In this document: piece after piece, positions 22,845 through 35,607 of the stretch | How the letters are laid out: every line of letters begins with the position of its first letter | How positions within the stretch are numbered: position 1 is the first letter of the stretch | Assembly: GCF_036321535.1 (NCBI RefSeq) | Contig: NC_087436.1 | Coordinates: 110,610,001-110,674,000, forward strand | Source: Camelus dromedarius | Taxonomy: Eukaryota | Length of the DNA: 64,000 bases | Direction of reading: 5' to 3' | The notes under the pieces: generated by a model | What the model saw: only the letters and a program-made list of their open reading frames with translations | Told to the model about the DNA's origin: nothing | Databases searched by the model: none | Translations under genes and position numbers: made by a program

Positions 22845-23560
22845 AATGACTTTCAAATTAGTATCCACAGGTTCAGCCTTTTCTGTGAGCTCCAGACTCT
22901 CATACACAACTGCTTTCAGCATCTCCATTTGAATATATAACAAGAACAGCAAGCATAATAAGATCAAAACAGAATAACTTATGCCCTAAAATCTGCTCCC
23001 CTCCAAGTCTTCCCTATCTTAGAATGTATTATGACCATCTACCACATCACTTAGTCCAAAGTCCAAGGAATAGCTTTGAGTCTTCTTTCATTCACTATTC
23101 ACATATTGTCCAATAGCAACACCACTGACTCATCTTCCAAAATATATCCAAAATCAGCCTACTTCTCCTCATCTTTACTACAAATCCAAGCCAATGTCTT
23201 CTGTTGCTTAGACCACCGCATTAACCTCTTCATTTTTTTAAAAGAAAAATAGTGTTTGTCGGCCATCCACTAGGGTCATAATAAATAATGCAATACACTA
23301 ATGTAATAACAGATGTTCTCATGCATTTACCATGTTTATAAATACACAAGAAAGCTGGCTTACAGGGCTGTCCCTTCAATTTCCATCACTTTGCTCACCT
23401 ACATCTTCCACGTTTAGAGTCTAGACTTAGAGACCTTTCAAAAGTGTAACTCAGAAGGTATTACTCACATGCGTAACATTCACTAATGATTTTTCATTAC
23501 ATTCCAAATTTTTACCAAATCCTACAAGGTCCAACATGATGTAGCTCCACCTTCCTCTCC
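22845..23560 (+). mobile_element. L2 LINE fragment (3' end probably continues at ~26835-26962)
   Basis: ctgtgagctccagactc...catctccatttgaat...ctgctcccctccaagtcttccctatc...tcttccaaaatatatcc. L2 tail gcctagaacattgtctgtcac...aatatttgttg at ~26.9 kb. Confidence 0.75.
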
Positions 23561-23724
23561 AGAGGTAAGCTTTTGTGGTTTTAAGCCTCTATGATTTAGG
23601 GAGGTCTTTATTACCAAAACATAACCTTGCCTATACTGACTAACATTTACTACTTCTGAAATTTAACTATTGGTTTTTTGTTATTGTTGTTGTTTTGTGT
23701 TTTTTCACTGTAAAATGTAACGAA

Positions 23725-24250
23725 TTTTTTTTGATAGATTTTATTTTTTCAGAGCAGTTTCAGGTTCACAAAGAACTGAGCAGTAGATACAGAGTTCCCA
23801 CATAGCCCTTCCCACCCACACATATATATTCCCCTACCCTCAACATCCCTCATCAGTGTGGCATATTTGGTACAATCGATGAACCAATATGGGCACATTA
23901 TTATCAACCAAAGTCCATAGTTTACCTTAGGGTTCACTCTTGATATTGTACATTCTATGGGTTTTGACAAATGTATAATGACATGTAGCCACCACTATAA
24001 TATCATACAGAATAATTTCATTGCCCTAAAAATCCCTTGTGCTCCATCTGTTCATTCCTCCCTCCCTCTCCCTAAACCCCTGGAAACCATGATCTTTTTA
24101 TCATTTCTGTAGCTGTGCCTTTTCCAGAATGTCATTTGGTTTGGAATCGTACAGTTTGTAGCCTTTTCAAACTGGTTTCTTTCATTTAGTAATATGTCTT
24201 TTTAGGTTTCTTCTATGTCTTCCATGGCTTGATAGATCTTTTTTTTTTCA
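23725..24250 (-). mobile_element. L1MC-type 3'UTR
   Basis: gagcagtttcaggttcaca...gtacaatcgatgaacc...ccaaagtccatagtttaccttagggttcactcttg...cattctatgggttttgacaaatg. Confidence 0.85.
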
Positions 24251-24374
24251 CTGCACATATTTTTTTTAACTTGCATATATGTACTGTTCATTGTTTGTAA
24301 GAACATTTAGAGCTTTAGCTTTTTAAACTTACATAGTTATCAAAGGAATGAAGCCAACCACAAAATAAGAATTA

Positions 24375-24486
24375 ACTCAAAAAGATACATACACCTTGCT
24401 ATTAACAGCAACATTATTTATAATTGCCAAGATATGGAAGCATCCTAAGTGCACATCAATAGTTGAATAGATAATGGAGGTGCAGC

Positions 24487-24545
<59 letters not shown>

Positions 24546-24925
24546 GGAATACAACTCACCCATAAAAAAGAAGGATATTTTGCCATTTGTGGCCCTTCAT
24601 TTACTTTTTTTTTTCACTTCAAAAACCAGAATTTTATAACTGGTGGAGACATTTCCATTACATCAAAAACAACAAAACACCTAGAAATAAACTTAACCAA
24701 GGAAGTTACCTATACTCTGAAAACCGAAATGACACAAAGAAATGGGAAGATTTCTTGTGCTTTTGGATTGGAAGAATCAACACTATCAAAATGGCTGCAC
24801 TACCCAAAGCAATCCACAGATCCAACCCAACCCCCATCAAAATACTTGAGACATTCCTCACAGAACTAGAACAATTCCAAAATTTATAAGGAACCACAAA
24901 AGACCCTGAACAGCCAAAGCAATCT
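24375..24925 (+). mobile_element. Two L1 ORF2 fragments (24375-24590 and 24645-24925)
   Basis: ORF 24587-24889 contains KWEDFLCFWIGRINTIKMAALPKAIHRSNPTPIKI, an L1 ORF2 segment. Confidence 0.85.
24492..24541 (+). repeat. Perfect (TG)25 microsatellite
   Basis: Uninterrupted TG run seen directly. Confidence 0.97.
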
Positions 24926-26811
24926 TTTGTAGGTCTCTCTCTCTTTTTTTGTTTTCCTCTTTTTTTCTTTTTGTTTTCATTTCTTATGGTTTGATGACTA
25001 GAGAAGGCCCTTTAACATTTGTTGTAAAGCTGGCTTGGTGGTGCTGAAATCTTTTAGCTTTTGTTTATCTGTGAAGCTTTTGATTTCTCCATCAAGTCTG
25101 AATGAGAGCCTTGCTGGATACAGTATTCTTGGTTGTAAGTTTCCCCCTTGTATCACTTTAAATATAACAATTCTGGCCTGTTGAGTTTCTGCTGAAAAAT
25201 CAGCTGATAACCTTATGGGAGTTCCCTTGTATGTTATTCATTGCTTTTCTCTTGCTAATTTTAATATTTTCTCCTTATCTTTAATTGTTGTCAATGTGAT
25301 GACTATGTGCCTTGGTGTGTTCCTCTTTGGGTTGATTCTGTGTGGTACTCTCTGCAGTTCCTGGACTTGGGTGACTATTTCCTTTCCCAAGTTGGGGAAG
25401 TTTTTGGTTATTATCTCTCTAAAAATTTTCTCAGGTCCTTTCTCTCTTCTCTTTCTGGGACCCCTATAATGTGAATATTAGAGCACTTCATGTTGTCCCA
25501 GAGTTATCTTAAACTACCCTCACTCCTTTTTATTCATTTTTTTCTTTTTTCTGTTCTGAAGTAGTGATTTCCACTAATCTGTCTTTCAGCTCACTGATCC
25601 GTTCTTCTGCCTCATTTAGTCTATTCTTGGTTCCTTCTACTGTTCATTTCAGTGATTTTATTCTTTAATTCTGTTTGGGTATTCTTTATATTTTCCAACT
25701 CTTTGCTAAAAACTTCACTCTGTGCATCTGTACTCCTCTTGAGTTCTCTAAACGTCTTGGCCATTATTACTTTAAACTCTTTCCCGGATAAACTACCTAT
25801 CTCATCACTTATTTCTTCTTCCGGGATTTTATCTTGTGCATTGGCCTGGGAGATATTCCTTGGCCGCCTCATATCGTCTATCTTTCTATGTGTTTGTGGA
25901 TTCATTCCACAGGCTTTGGGACTATTATTTTCTTATTTCTAGTATCTGCCCCTGGTGGATGAGGCTGGACTAGGGACTTATGCAGGTTTCCTGGCAGGAG
26001 GAGCCAGTGCCCACTGCTGGGTAAAGCTTGGTCCTGGACCTCTGGTGAGTAGGACTGTGTCTAGAGACCCTTGTGGCTTAGGAAGTCTGATGATGGGTGT
26101 GGTCGTGTTCCAACCCTGTATGTTGTTTGGCCTGAGGCTTCCCTATAGGCTGTTGGGTGGGGCTAGGTCTTGGTGCTAATGATCCAATCAAGATGTCAGC
26201 CTCCAGGAAAGCTCATGTAGATTAACACTCCCAGAATGTCTGCCACCAGCTTTCATGTCCCCTGAGTGAGCCGCAGCCATCCCCCACGTCCCCAGGAGAC
26301 CCTCCAAATCTAGCAGGCAGGTCTGGCCCAGGTTCCTATGAAATCACTGCCTCTGCCCTTGGGCCCGGTGCACATGAGTTTATGTGTACACTTCTCAAGC
26401 GAATGGAGTCTCTGTTTCCCTGAGTCCCATGGGACTGCTGAAGCCAAGCTCCCTGGCCTTCAAAACCAGATGTCCTGGAGTCTCCTTCTCTTCCCAATTT
26501 CAGGACCCGAGCTGGGGAGCCTGACATGGGGCTTAGAGCTGTCACTCCTGTGGAAGGGCCTCGGCAACTTAACAAACCTTCAGCTTGTAGGTCACCCACC
26601 TGGAGGGTATGGGGCCCAATTATATCATGAGCACATCCCTCCTACCACCCTGCTATGGTTCCCTCTTTATGTTTCCAGTTGCAGAAGATCTATTTTGCTA
26701 GGTTCCAGTCTTTTCTCAATGGTTGTTTAGCATTCAGTTGTGGTTTCATTGTAGTCGCGAGCAGAGGCAAGCTCGTGGTCCTACCACTCTGCCATCTTGA
26801 CCGGAACTCTC
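24926..26811 (-). mobile_element. L1 5'UTR plus ORF1 (5' terminus retained)
   Basis: ORF 25621-25905 resembles the ORF1p N-terminus (MRRPRNISQ...KEFKVIM...ELKNKITEM). The reverse strand begins gagagttccggtCAAGATGGC, the YY1-type motif typical of L1 5' ends. Confidence 0.9.
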
Positions 26812-28032
26812 TGAAATTTAACTATTGTTTTAAAGTTGCATGTTCATTTCTCCCTTGACTAGCATACAAGTTCTTTGAAAGCAAGGGCTGTCTACTAACT
26901 AGGGTACTCCCTATGCCTAGAACATTGTCTGTCACTTAATAGGCAATCAAATATTTGTTGGCTCTCTAGTTTATTACTCTATGTTCAAGAGTACGGCTTC
27001 ATCTTGATGCCAAAGTGAGACTTCCTCCTTTTGACCCAAATCTCATGCTTTCAGAGCAGGTTCCATACCCAGTCAGCTTCACAGATGAAGAACACAGGCC
27101 TGCCTTACACATTCTGCCATACCTGAGACAGAAGAAGCTAGCTAGGTATAAGCATTCACCTGGGAACACTGAATGGACTAAATAAGGACAGGAATGAGAT
27201 GGAGAAGAATTTGCTACACCTGGAGAGAGGAAGTGAAGGAGCAGGAAAGAAAGACAGCATGCCTTCCACACCTCACCTTGGTGAGGGAAATGGAAAGGGA
27301 AGTGTGAGGTGTGGCTCTGGCTTTAGAGTCACATCATTGGCACCCACCAGGGAGACAGTCCCAGTGAAGATTGGGAATTAGCTGTTTCTCTTCTCTGTGG
27401 GAAAAAAAAAAGTAAAATGGTCACTTCAATACTCTACTATGAGGACAAGAGGACAGGGAGCAGACGCATTATCTTTTATGGGCCAAGGCCAAAGATGTAC
27501 AGATTGGAAGGGAGAGGATCCACTTCCAACACCAAGGAACTGACTCAGTAGGTTTTCTCATCCCAACTCCCCCACTTTTGGGACTATAATGCTCATAATA
27601 GCATTGTAGTCAGCATTGACACTGTATGGGCAAGAAAATAAGGATGGATCCAAGATGAGAAGAAGGCTTCAATTGTGAGTTCATGTTGAATATTGTTTTG
27701 ACTGAATTCTGGACATTTCAATCTGCATTGTCTCATTAAGGGATGATAAGACAAGTGGTACCAGAAAGCAAATAAATGTGAAAGGAGAGCTTTTATTTAG
27801 ATTCCAGTTTTATTTATCTTTTCTCTTTTGGATAAAATAAAAATTATTGTATAAGACAATGCAAGGAAGTAAGCTCTTTAAGTAGTACGTTGAACACGGA
27901 AAAAAATAAAATCCTTGGGAGCACTGCCCTCACCCTTGAAAGTTGACATGCCATTTTAGAGTAAGCTTGCTTTGTTTAAACTAGATTTGCATCTTCGTAG
28001 AAGCTTACAAGCATGTAACCTGTGAGGGGATG

Positions 28033-28046
28033 GTTGCCATGACAAC
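28033..28046. promoter_or_regulatory. RFX X-box candidate
   Basis: GTTGCCATGACAAC, one mismatch from the palindromic X-box GTTGCCATGGCAAC, in apparently non-repetitive sequence. Confidence 0.5.
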
Positions 28047-29149
28047 ATTAATGAGCCTGTCCTATGACCAGAGATATCGCAGAGAGAGAATATGTTTGTG
28101 TTCCCTCTTATTATCATATTGGTCTCTGCTTTCTGGACAGGAAGGGCTGAAAAATCACTCCAACAGAGGGAAATATTTATTAACGGTTTCATCATAAGCC
28201 ACTCAAACTTGGAAAAGAAAGAAGAAATTTCACAGCATTAAAAAATAAATGAATAAAGGTCAGCCTAAAAACCATTTAGATACTAAGTGTGTTGTGTTTA
28301 TAAGGGGTGACTGCTATGAAACTTGTTGTTCTTCTCTAACAAACAATAATAGTGTTGAATTTACTATTAGTCTAGTTTGACTTGATACATAGGCTGGTAC
28401 AGTCTTCCTCACTGAAGGGTTTCAAAGCCTTTTTTATTTAATAATTAAATCACTAACTCTTCATAGGCCTCTTAATTAAAAATTAAGTATTTATCAAGCA
28501 GTATGTATTTAATACACATTATATTCCTGTACCATAAATATAGATCTTTAAATATAGCATAGCTTTTTAGCCTCAGAATAAAATTCACCACGAATTATCC
28601 ATATTTAAGTTAGGAAAAGCTAGGCTCAGAGAGTTTGAGTGGGTTTCTTCTCAACCACACAGTGAGTAGACAGTGCTGTGAACTCCCCCTGGGTACAGGG
28701 GCAGTGGGTTTTCACCTGTTATTCCTTTACCACCAACACCAGCGTGTTCTGTGATGTGTGAGTTTTCTAAATATATATATTGTAAAAGGGCAAGACAAAG
28801 TCCCCACCTTCAAGGAGTTTTTCATACACTCAGATAAAATGTATCATTTATTTCAAAAAATTTAATTGAATTACAAATCTTGAGACCAGGATTTATAACC
28901 CAGATCTGACACTAAGTGACTGGATAGTCTCAGGCAGAACATATATTATTGCTGTGTGCTTTCACTTCCAGAAATTACAATTATTACTGCCTGAGTCACT
29001 AGTTAGATCAGAGCTCTCTGGACATGGATTGGACTACCTCAAAAAGTAGTGAGGCTCATAAAAAAGTATTTAACAAGAATCAGAGTGACCATGGAACAGA
29101 TCGTTCCACACTGAAAACTAAAAGCAAAGCAGTGTATAGATGTTTGTTG

Positions 29150-30040
29150 TTTTAAATCAACTACTGAGATATGTGTGTTAAAATCTCAGTTATGATTGGT
29201 TTCTCTATTCTTTTCTATTAACTTTTGCCTCGTGTATTTTAGAGTTCTATTACTGATGTATACAGATTTATAACTCACATATCATACTGTTAGAATGACT
29301 CCCTTTTCATTTTGAAATATTCTTATCTCTAATAGTGCTTCTTGCCTCTAATTTATTTTAATATTTTATAACTGTATCAGCTTTCCTTTGATAGTGTTTA
29401 CATGTTCTCTTTTCTCATCATCTTAATTTCAATCTTTCTATGTTAAAATGTTTTTTAATCTTTTTGATAATTCTCATTCTCTCTTTCTCTCTCTCTTAAA
29501 AAGAAAAAAAAAAAACCTGTAGAAGAAATAATTCTGCACTCTAGAGATTTTATCCTTCTTACCAAGCAGTCCCTGTTGGGAGACCATTTATATATTTGAG
29601 GCAGGCTCCTAAGTACTGCAATGTTATGGAAAATTCTTTTCTGCCTTTATAAAATTTGACCTTACCTTCATGCCCCACTCCTCCAGCCATCCACAGGGTC
29701 TCACAGTTCAGTAGATGTCCCGGGCCCCAGTTCACCACCTCTGCCCTGCATGACCCTAAAATCTAGACTAGCTTCTCTTTCCCCAACAAATGCTATCTGG
29801 CCAGACTGGTCCTCCTCATACATCCAGAACTGCAAATACTCCAAGAGAAAAACAGATCATCTCACCTTGGAATAATTATCCCCCTCTGGAATTTTGATTC
29901 ATTAATTTCTCAGTTCTTCCTCTAAGTCTCTGATGTCTTTAAAGTTTTTCTCTTTAACTTAAATCATTTTTAAAATTTCTTCCAGTTATACTGAGAACTT
30001 TCAGCTGCCACTAGTAACCACATCCCACAGAGAATGGAAA
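29150..30040 (-). mobile_element. Ancient L1 fragments (ORF2 and 5' region)
   Basis: gtgtgttaaaatctc...acttttgcctcgtgtattttagag...atcagctttcctttgatagtgttt resemble reverse L1M ORF2. Confidence 0.5.
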
Positions 30041-30103
30041 TATGTATTCATGCAAAATGAGCATGATGTCGAAGAGTTCAACTTTAATCTATGGATGCTT
30101 CAA

Positions 30104-30260
30104 TCAGGGTTTCTCAAGAGTAGCCCTCTGACCATCTGGAATGCTTGTTAAAAGTAATGTTGCTTATACCCTCTTCAACTCTTATCAAACTGGTACTCTC
30201 AAGTGGACAATGTCTGTTATTTTCCTGGAACTTCTCGGATGATTCTCATGCTCTGTAATA
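30104..30260. mobile_element. MER5-like hAT MITE
   Basis: cagggtttctcaa...atctggaatgcttgttaaaa...gatgattctcatgc. Confidence 0.55.
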
Positions 30261-30399
30261 TCCACAAGATCTCAATTACAAACAGAGCACTCAACTATAA
30301 ATGAACTCAGGAGACAGATCTTTTTGTCTGGTCTCTATGTTCACGGTATTTTTCACAGTTCCATACACCCAATAATATTTTTAATGTCAGTTTACTTAA

Positions 30400-30615
30400 T
30401 AATAATAGCTAACACTTAGCACTGGATTACTACGCGCCACGTACTTCTCTAAGCTCTTTAAAGGAATTAACCCACTTGAGATTCATTACAACCCTGTGAG
30501 ATAGATTCTACTGTTATTCCCAATTTCCAGGTAAGAAAATTGAGAAAAAGAGAGCAAGTGACTTGCGCAGAGCTCAGTGATTCAGTGTGAAAGCCGGGGT
30601 ATTAATCTAGCTATT
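30400..30615 (-). mobile_element. MIR SINE
   Basis: aataatagctaacacttagcac...acaaccctgtgagatag...gttattcccaattt...aagtgacttgc. Confidence 0.8.
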
Positions 30616-30969
30616 TAGCCATACTGGGCATCATCCAAACCACTTCAATAGAATGTCTCTTGGAATAAATATTGAACGAATCAGTTCTGCGGCTACATCT
30701 AGCTTTACACTACAAAAACTCTTCTCCTTAACTCTAATATTTACTAAACCATTTCATCATAATTTTTAAATGATGACATTATAGGATATTATGTCTGACT
30801 GAATTCAAGTTAGTTAGTAATACCATAGGAGCTTTTATAAAAGACCACCATTTAATCAAGACGTTAGATAAAACAATGCTAGTCCCCATTTCCTCCATAA
30901 ACTGAGCCATAGCCTGCGGTGCCCCCACTCCTCACTACACCCATACACTTCTCCCATCATTTGAATGGT

Positions 30970-31370
30970 ATGTTTATCAGAAGTCAATTGTACATGCTCC
31001 CCATTTACAGTTGTATCTGTTACTGTAATTACATAATTTACTAAAATATTTATATAAAATAATAAAGTATGAGTATAAAAACAGGCAAGTTAACTTCTAA
31101 AAAACTGCCATTAAAAAAACTATAAAATATTGGTAAGAAATTGTCAAAATCCACAAGATTATGAATTCAAATGGTTTTGGTCAGTGTCTTTAGGCTCTTG
31201 GTCCATGTGAAAGAAAAGTAAGTGGGAAATTGTAGATGATGCTTGATTAGTGTCCTGTCTGGCTTAACTCTTTATCAAAGGTTTAGTGAATAGATACAGT
31301 TTATGCATTATACATTTAATAAAAATGTTTAAAGTGTAGGTTCATTTGTTAAAAATTTTCTGCTTTAAAC
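30970..31370 (+). mobile_element. Old Tigger (Tc1/mariner) fragment
   Basis: aaaactataaaatattgg...aaaatccacaagattatg...gtgtctttaggctcttggtcca...ggaaattgtagatgatgc resembles an ancient Tigger transposase N-terminal region. Confidence 0.45.
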
Positions 31371-31567
31371 AAATTCAAGTGTCTGCTCGAATGTCACCTT
31401 ATCAGTAAGGACTTTACCTGACTACTTCACACATAGCGGAAATCCTCCCCATCTCTGGAGCTCCGTATTCCCCTTAGCCGGCTTCACTTTCGTTCTTAAC
31501 CTTTATCGGACTCACCCTACACAGTCACATTTCTCTGCTCACGTTGTTTTACTCACAGTGTGTTTCC

Positions 31568-32083
31568 TGTGGTAGTCAGAAAAACGCTCCCCCAAGGAGG
31601 TCCATATCCTAATTCCTGGAAGCTGTGACTATGTGTTACCTTACATGGAAAAGGAACTTTACAGGCATGATTCAAGTTAAAGACCTTGAGATGGGGAGAG
31701 TGTCCAGGTGGGCCTACCTTAAACTTCTGAGGCCTTAAAAGAAGAACCTTTTCTGACTGAGGTCAGCATCAAAGATGTGGCAATGGAAGAACAGCCAGAA
31801 AGACGTGTCATTGCTGGGCTGGGAGATGGAAATGGGCCATGAGCCAAGGGATGGGAGCAGCCTCTAGAAGATGGAACAGACAGGGAAGTGGACTCTTCCT
31901 CAGAGCTGCTAGGAAGTCACGTAGCCCTGCTGCATCCTGACTTTGGCCCGTGATCCCCACTGTGGACTTACGACTGACAGATCACAAGATAATAAACATG
32001 TTATTGTAAGCTAAAAAACTTGTGTTATTTTAAACTACTGAGGCTGTGATAATTTGTTACAGCAACTATTGAAAATTAATACA
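31568..32083 (+). mobile_element. MLT1D-like MaLR solo LTR inserted in an L2 3' end (L2 at ~31375-31567 and 32084-32172)
   Basis: TG...CA termini; tgtggtagtcagaa...gtccatatcctaattcctgga...ttaccttacatgg...gccatgagccaaggg...aatttgttacagca...aattaataca. Confidence 0.85.
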
Positions 32084-33524
32084 TGTCTCCTCACAGAGCA
32101 CAAGGTCAATGAAGTTGGCACACAGAAAACAGTCAACAAATAAATGTTGAATGGATGAATAATGAATGAATATGCCAATAAACCAATAAGCCATCTCCTT
32201 CTAGTCCTGATATCACAGCACAAGAGGCCTTCTACTGAAATAACACCAATAATGATATTACTGAGTGCCTTTTATTAGTCAGCATTTATGTGCATTTATT
32301 TTTTTTACTTACTCATAGGCATATTATCTCCATTTTCCACAGGAGAAATCTGGGACTCAAAGGCACTAAGCAACTTGACCAAGTCTACTCGGCTAAAAAA
32401 ATTGAGTCTTCCAATAAGACACTATTTATAAGAGTAATTAAAGTTCTTTTTTAATTTTATGATCAGTTAAAAAATTAGTTAAGATCATCAAACCCAACAT
32501 ATATAAATGGTAACCTTGAAATGTAAGGAGGGGTATTTATTTAATCAGTATGCAGCAAAGGCATTCATGTCCAAGGCCTCAGAGTTTGTGTAAGTGTGTG
32601 TGAGTGAAATAACACTTTCAGTACTCTGGTGATCTGAGTGTCTCAAAGCACAACAATTAGGTGCCCTGCCTAATTGGATTGCCCATTAGAACTCCACATG
32701 TAAATTAATAGACTATTCATGCCCCTTATCCAGGAGGTCAGCTTACAAACACTGCAAGCATAATCTTCCAGAGATTTCTACATGTCCAAACTACAGCTGC
32801 AGGTTGAGCTCCCGGCCCTCCCTGCTATAACCTACACACAAGACATGGCTCACTGCTCCCTGAACCTAGCGCTCTATCACACCCCTGCCTTTGCTGAGGC
32901 TGAACAAGCCTGGAAATTAAACCTGGCCTCAGAAAGGTGGGTGCAGCCCAGGTAGCCTTAGTGCTGAAATAGTATTAAAAATCATATTAAAAAGACAGAG
33001 TTAGGGGGAAAATATTTTCTGTTCACCCATCGAATGCAGATGGAACTGAAGTAACAGAATTTGCAGTTATGCTTGGGTTTAGTGTTCAGTTCAGCTATTT
33101 CCAACTGTATGAGCTACTGGCAAATTCCTTAATTCCTCAGAGCTTCAGTCTTCTCATCTGTCAAAAAGGTACTTTAATATTTACTACACTGGATAAAAAG
33201 AATAAACAGGACAAGATCACTGCCTTCAAGGATTTCCACAGAGTTAAAACACACCCTTAAGAACTAAGGTAACCTTGAAATTTGTAGACAATCAAAATGC
33301 TCTAAAGTAGGGAATTTATTAAATAATTTCTGGTAAACCTCTACAGCGGATTGAGAGCAAAACCAGGAACAGAACCCGTGCCTTTTGGTTTCCCTCATAT
33401 ACCTTTTTTCTGAACTGTAAATAAGTACTCAAACACTCAAACTGACAAATTAGATTTATAATTTAAATTTATAATTATAGCATTATCATAGATTATCTGA
33501 GAACCCAAGGAGAGAATATACCGT

Positions 33525-33875
33525 TTCATTCATTCACTCGACAAATAGTAAGTCCCTGCTATGTATCTGATTTATTGCAGGTGGAAACCAAAACATCAAA
33601 AGTGTCTGCCATCTTGAAGTTAACACTCTAGGCTGGAGAGACAGACCATAAACATAATAAATAAGAAAATTGTGAAGTATACTGTAAGGCAGGTAAGTGT
33701 CATGAAGAAACACAAGCAGGGAAGGGAAGTGGTGAGTGACGAAAGAGGTGGAGCTGCAGTTTTCAAAGAGGGCTCAGGAGAGAACTCACTAAGGTGACGT
33801 CAACAAAGTCTTGAAGGAGGTGAAGCGGTAACCTTTGTGGATATCTAGGGGAAGAGGATCCAGGTAGAGAAAATA
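33525..33875 (-). mobile_element. L2 3' end
   Basis: ttcattcattcactcgacaaata...tctaggctggagagacagac...tcactaaggtgac...cttgaaggaggtga. Confidence 0.75.
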
Positions 33876-34116
33876 CATATGGGAAATCGCTAACATTATC
33901 GAAAATAAATCTCTAAAAAGTGCTATACAAATATACATGGAAATTTAACCCCTGAAGAATCATTTAAACCTAAAATGTCAGTCAGGACAGAAACCTGAAG
34001 CCCAGAGCAGCTCCATGACCCATATGCCCCAAGCTGCAGAGCTAGTTTTGTGGCAGAAACCAAGGCTTACTTGACTCCTGATTTCTGATAAAGCTCTTTC
34101 CACCAATACTAAATTA

Positions 34117-34765
34117 CAGTAGTCCCCCTTATCTGTGGTTTTGCTTTTGGTCATTATAGTCATCGGCAATCAACCATGGTCCAAAAATATTATATGGAAA
34201 ATTCCAAAAATAAATAATTCGTAAGTTTTATATTGGGTGCCATTCTGAGTTGCAGGATGAAAATCTTGAGCCATCCAGCTCCATCCAGCCTGGGATCCCC
34301 AACCATTAACATTATCTGCTCCTTACATCCGACCATCAGCATCATCATTTCTGGATGACTCAGAGTCACCCAAAGCAGTTGATCGTTCTTCTGACCCTGT
34401 GTCAGAAGCTCAGTGGTAGCCTAATGCTGGGTCACAGTGCCTGTATCTTGCACCTCACTTCATCTCATCACTTAGGTATTGCATCACTTCATGTCACTGC
34501 AAGAAGAAAAGTGTGAGTAGAGTACAGTAAGATCTTTTGACACAGAGAGACCACATTCACGTATGTTTTATTAGTTTATTGTTCTATTTTATTAGTAGTA
34601 ATTGTTGTTAATCTCTTACTGTGCCAAATACATAAATTCAACATTATCTTAGGTACGTATGTATAGGAAAAAACATAGTATATATATGGCTTAGTACTGT
34701 TTGTGGCTTCAGGCATCCACTGGGGGTTTTAGAAATGTATTCCCACGGATAAGAGGGAACTGCTG
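34117..34765 (+). mobile_element. MER44 (Tigger7-derived) non-autonomous DNA transposon, complete
   Basis: TIRs cagtagtcccccttatctgtgg / ccacggataagagggaactgctg, each flanked by a TA TSD; internal gagagaccacattcac and ttcaggcatccactggggg. Confidence 0.9.
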
Positions 34766-35595
34766 TATTATATTCTCTCTACATTTAATATGTAAATTCA
34801 TTCTCCCTTTTTGATGGAGATTTAAGCATTATAAGCCTACATCTCTAAGTGGGGTAAGAGTGTATTCAAATAAATGACATCTTGTTTTGGCATGAAACAT
34901 CTGTCTAAGAATTCAAGAAGTAGCTTCAGTGTTTTGTTCAGTTCCCTAAAAACTAAGGGATAAGACAGAGATACCCACCTTTTGCTGCTTTGACCTCACA
35001 AAACATTAACATCTCCTAATATTAAAGCACCACTAACCTCTGGGAAGCCCCACATCCCTGGTAAATACAACCATTTTCTAAGAGTTGAGATGCACCAGCC
35101 AAAATACAGTCCTAATTTCAAACACAAATGCCTCTATGTGAAACAGGGTAAGCCCTCAATTTACTCTGACAAAAACACATTTCAGAGGAGCTTTGAGTAT
35201 TTGGAGTCTCACTAATTAAATGATCTTCTTCCTAGTTGAAGAGGTATGCTAAACAGAGGAAGGGAAGATAAAAGGAAACATTCACTGAGGGCCCTTCAGG
35301 CCAGGTATGGCCCTTCACCCCCCATAACAATCCTGTGAAGATGCCCTTGTTTGCCTATCTCATTGTACAGGTAAGGAAATTGAGGCCCATGAAGATTATG
35401 CAATTGGACCAAGGTCACCTAGATAAAAAAACAGAAAAACAAGAGCTAAGTGTCAGATTCCCCTAGTCACACAGCAAACTATGCAAAACCAAGGGGGCCA
35501 AAGCTAAGATTATGGATTTTATTGTTGTAACAGCCATTGTGTCCTCATGCTAGAAAGGGAGGATGCTTACAAGGGAATCAGAAAAAGACTGATAA

Positions 35596-35607
35596 AATCA
35601 CGTGATT
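35596..35607. promoter_or_regulatory. Palindromic E-box AATCACGTGATT (USF/TFE/BHLHE40-type)
   Basis: Perfect 12-bp palindrome retaining its CpG, with TGATAA (GATA) adjacent at 35590-35595. Confidence 0.4.

Noticed and set aside
24377..24869. ORFs with HT/CV dipeptide repeats
   Set aside because: Produced by the (TG)n microsatellite and L1 fragments.
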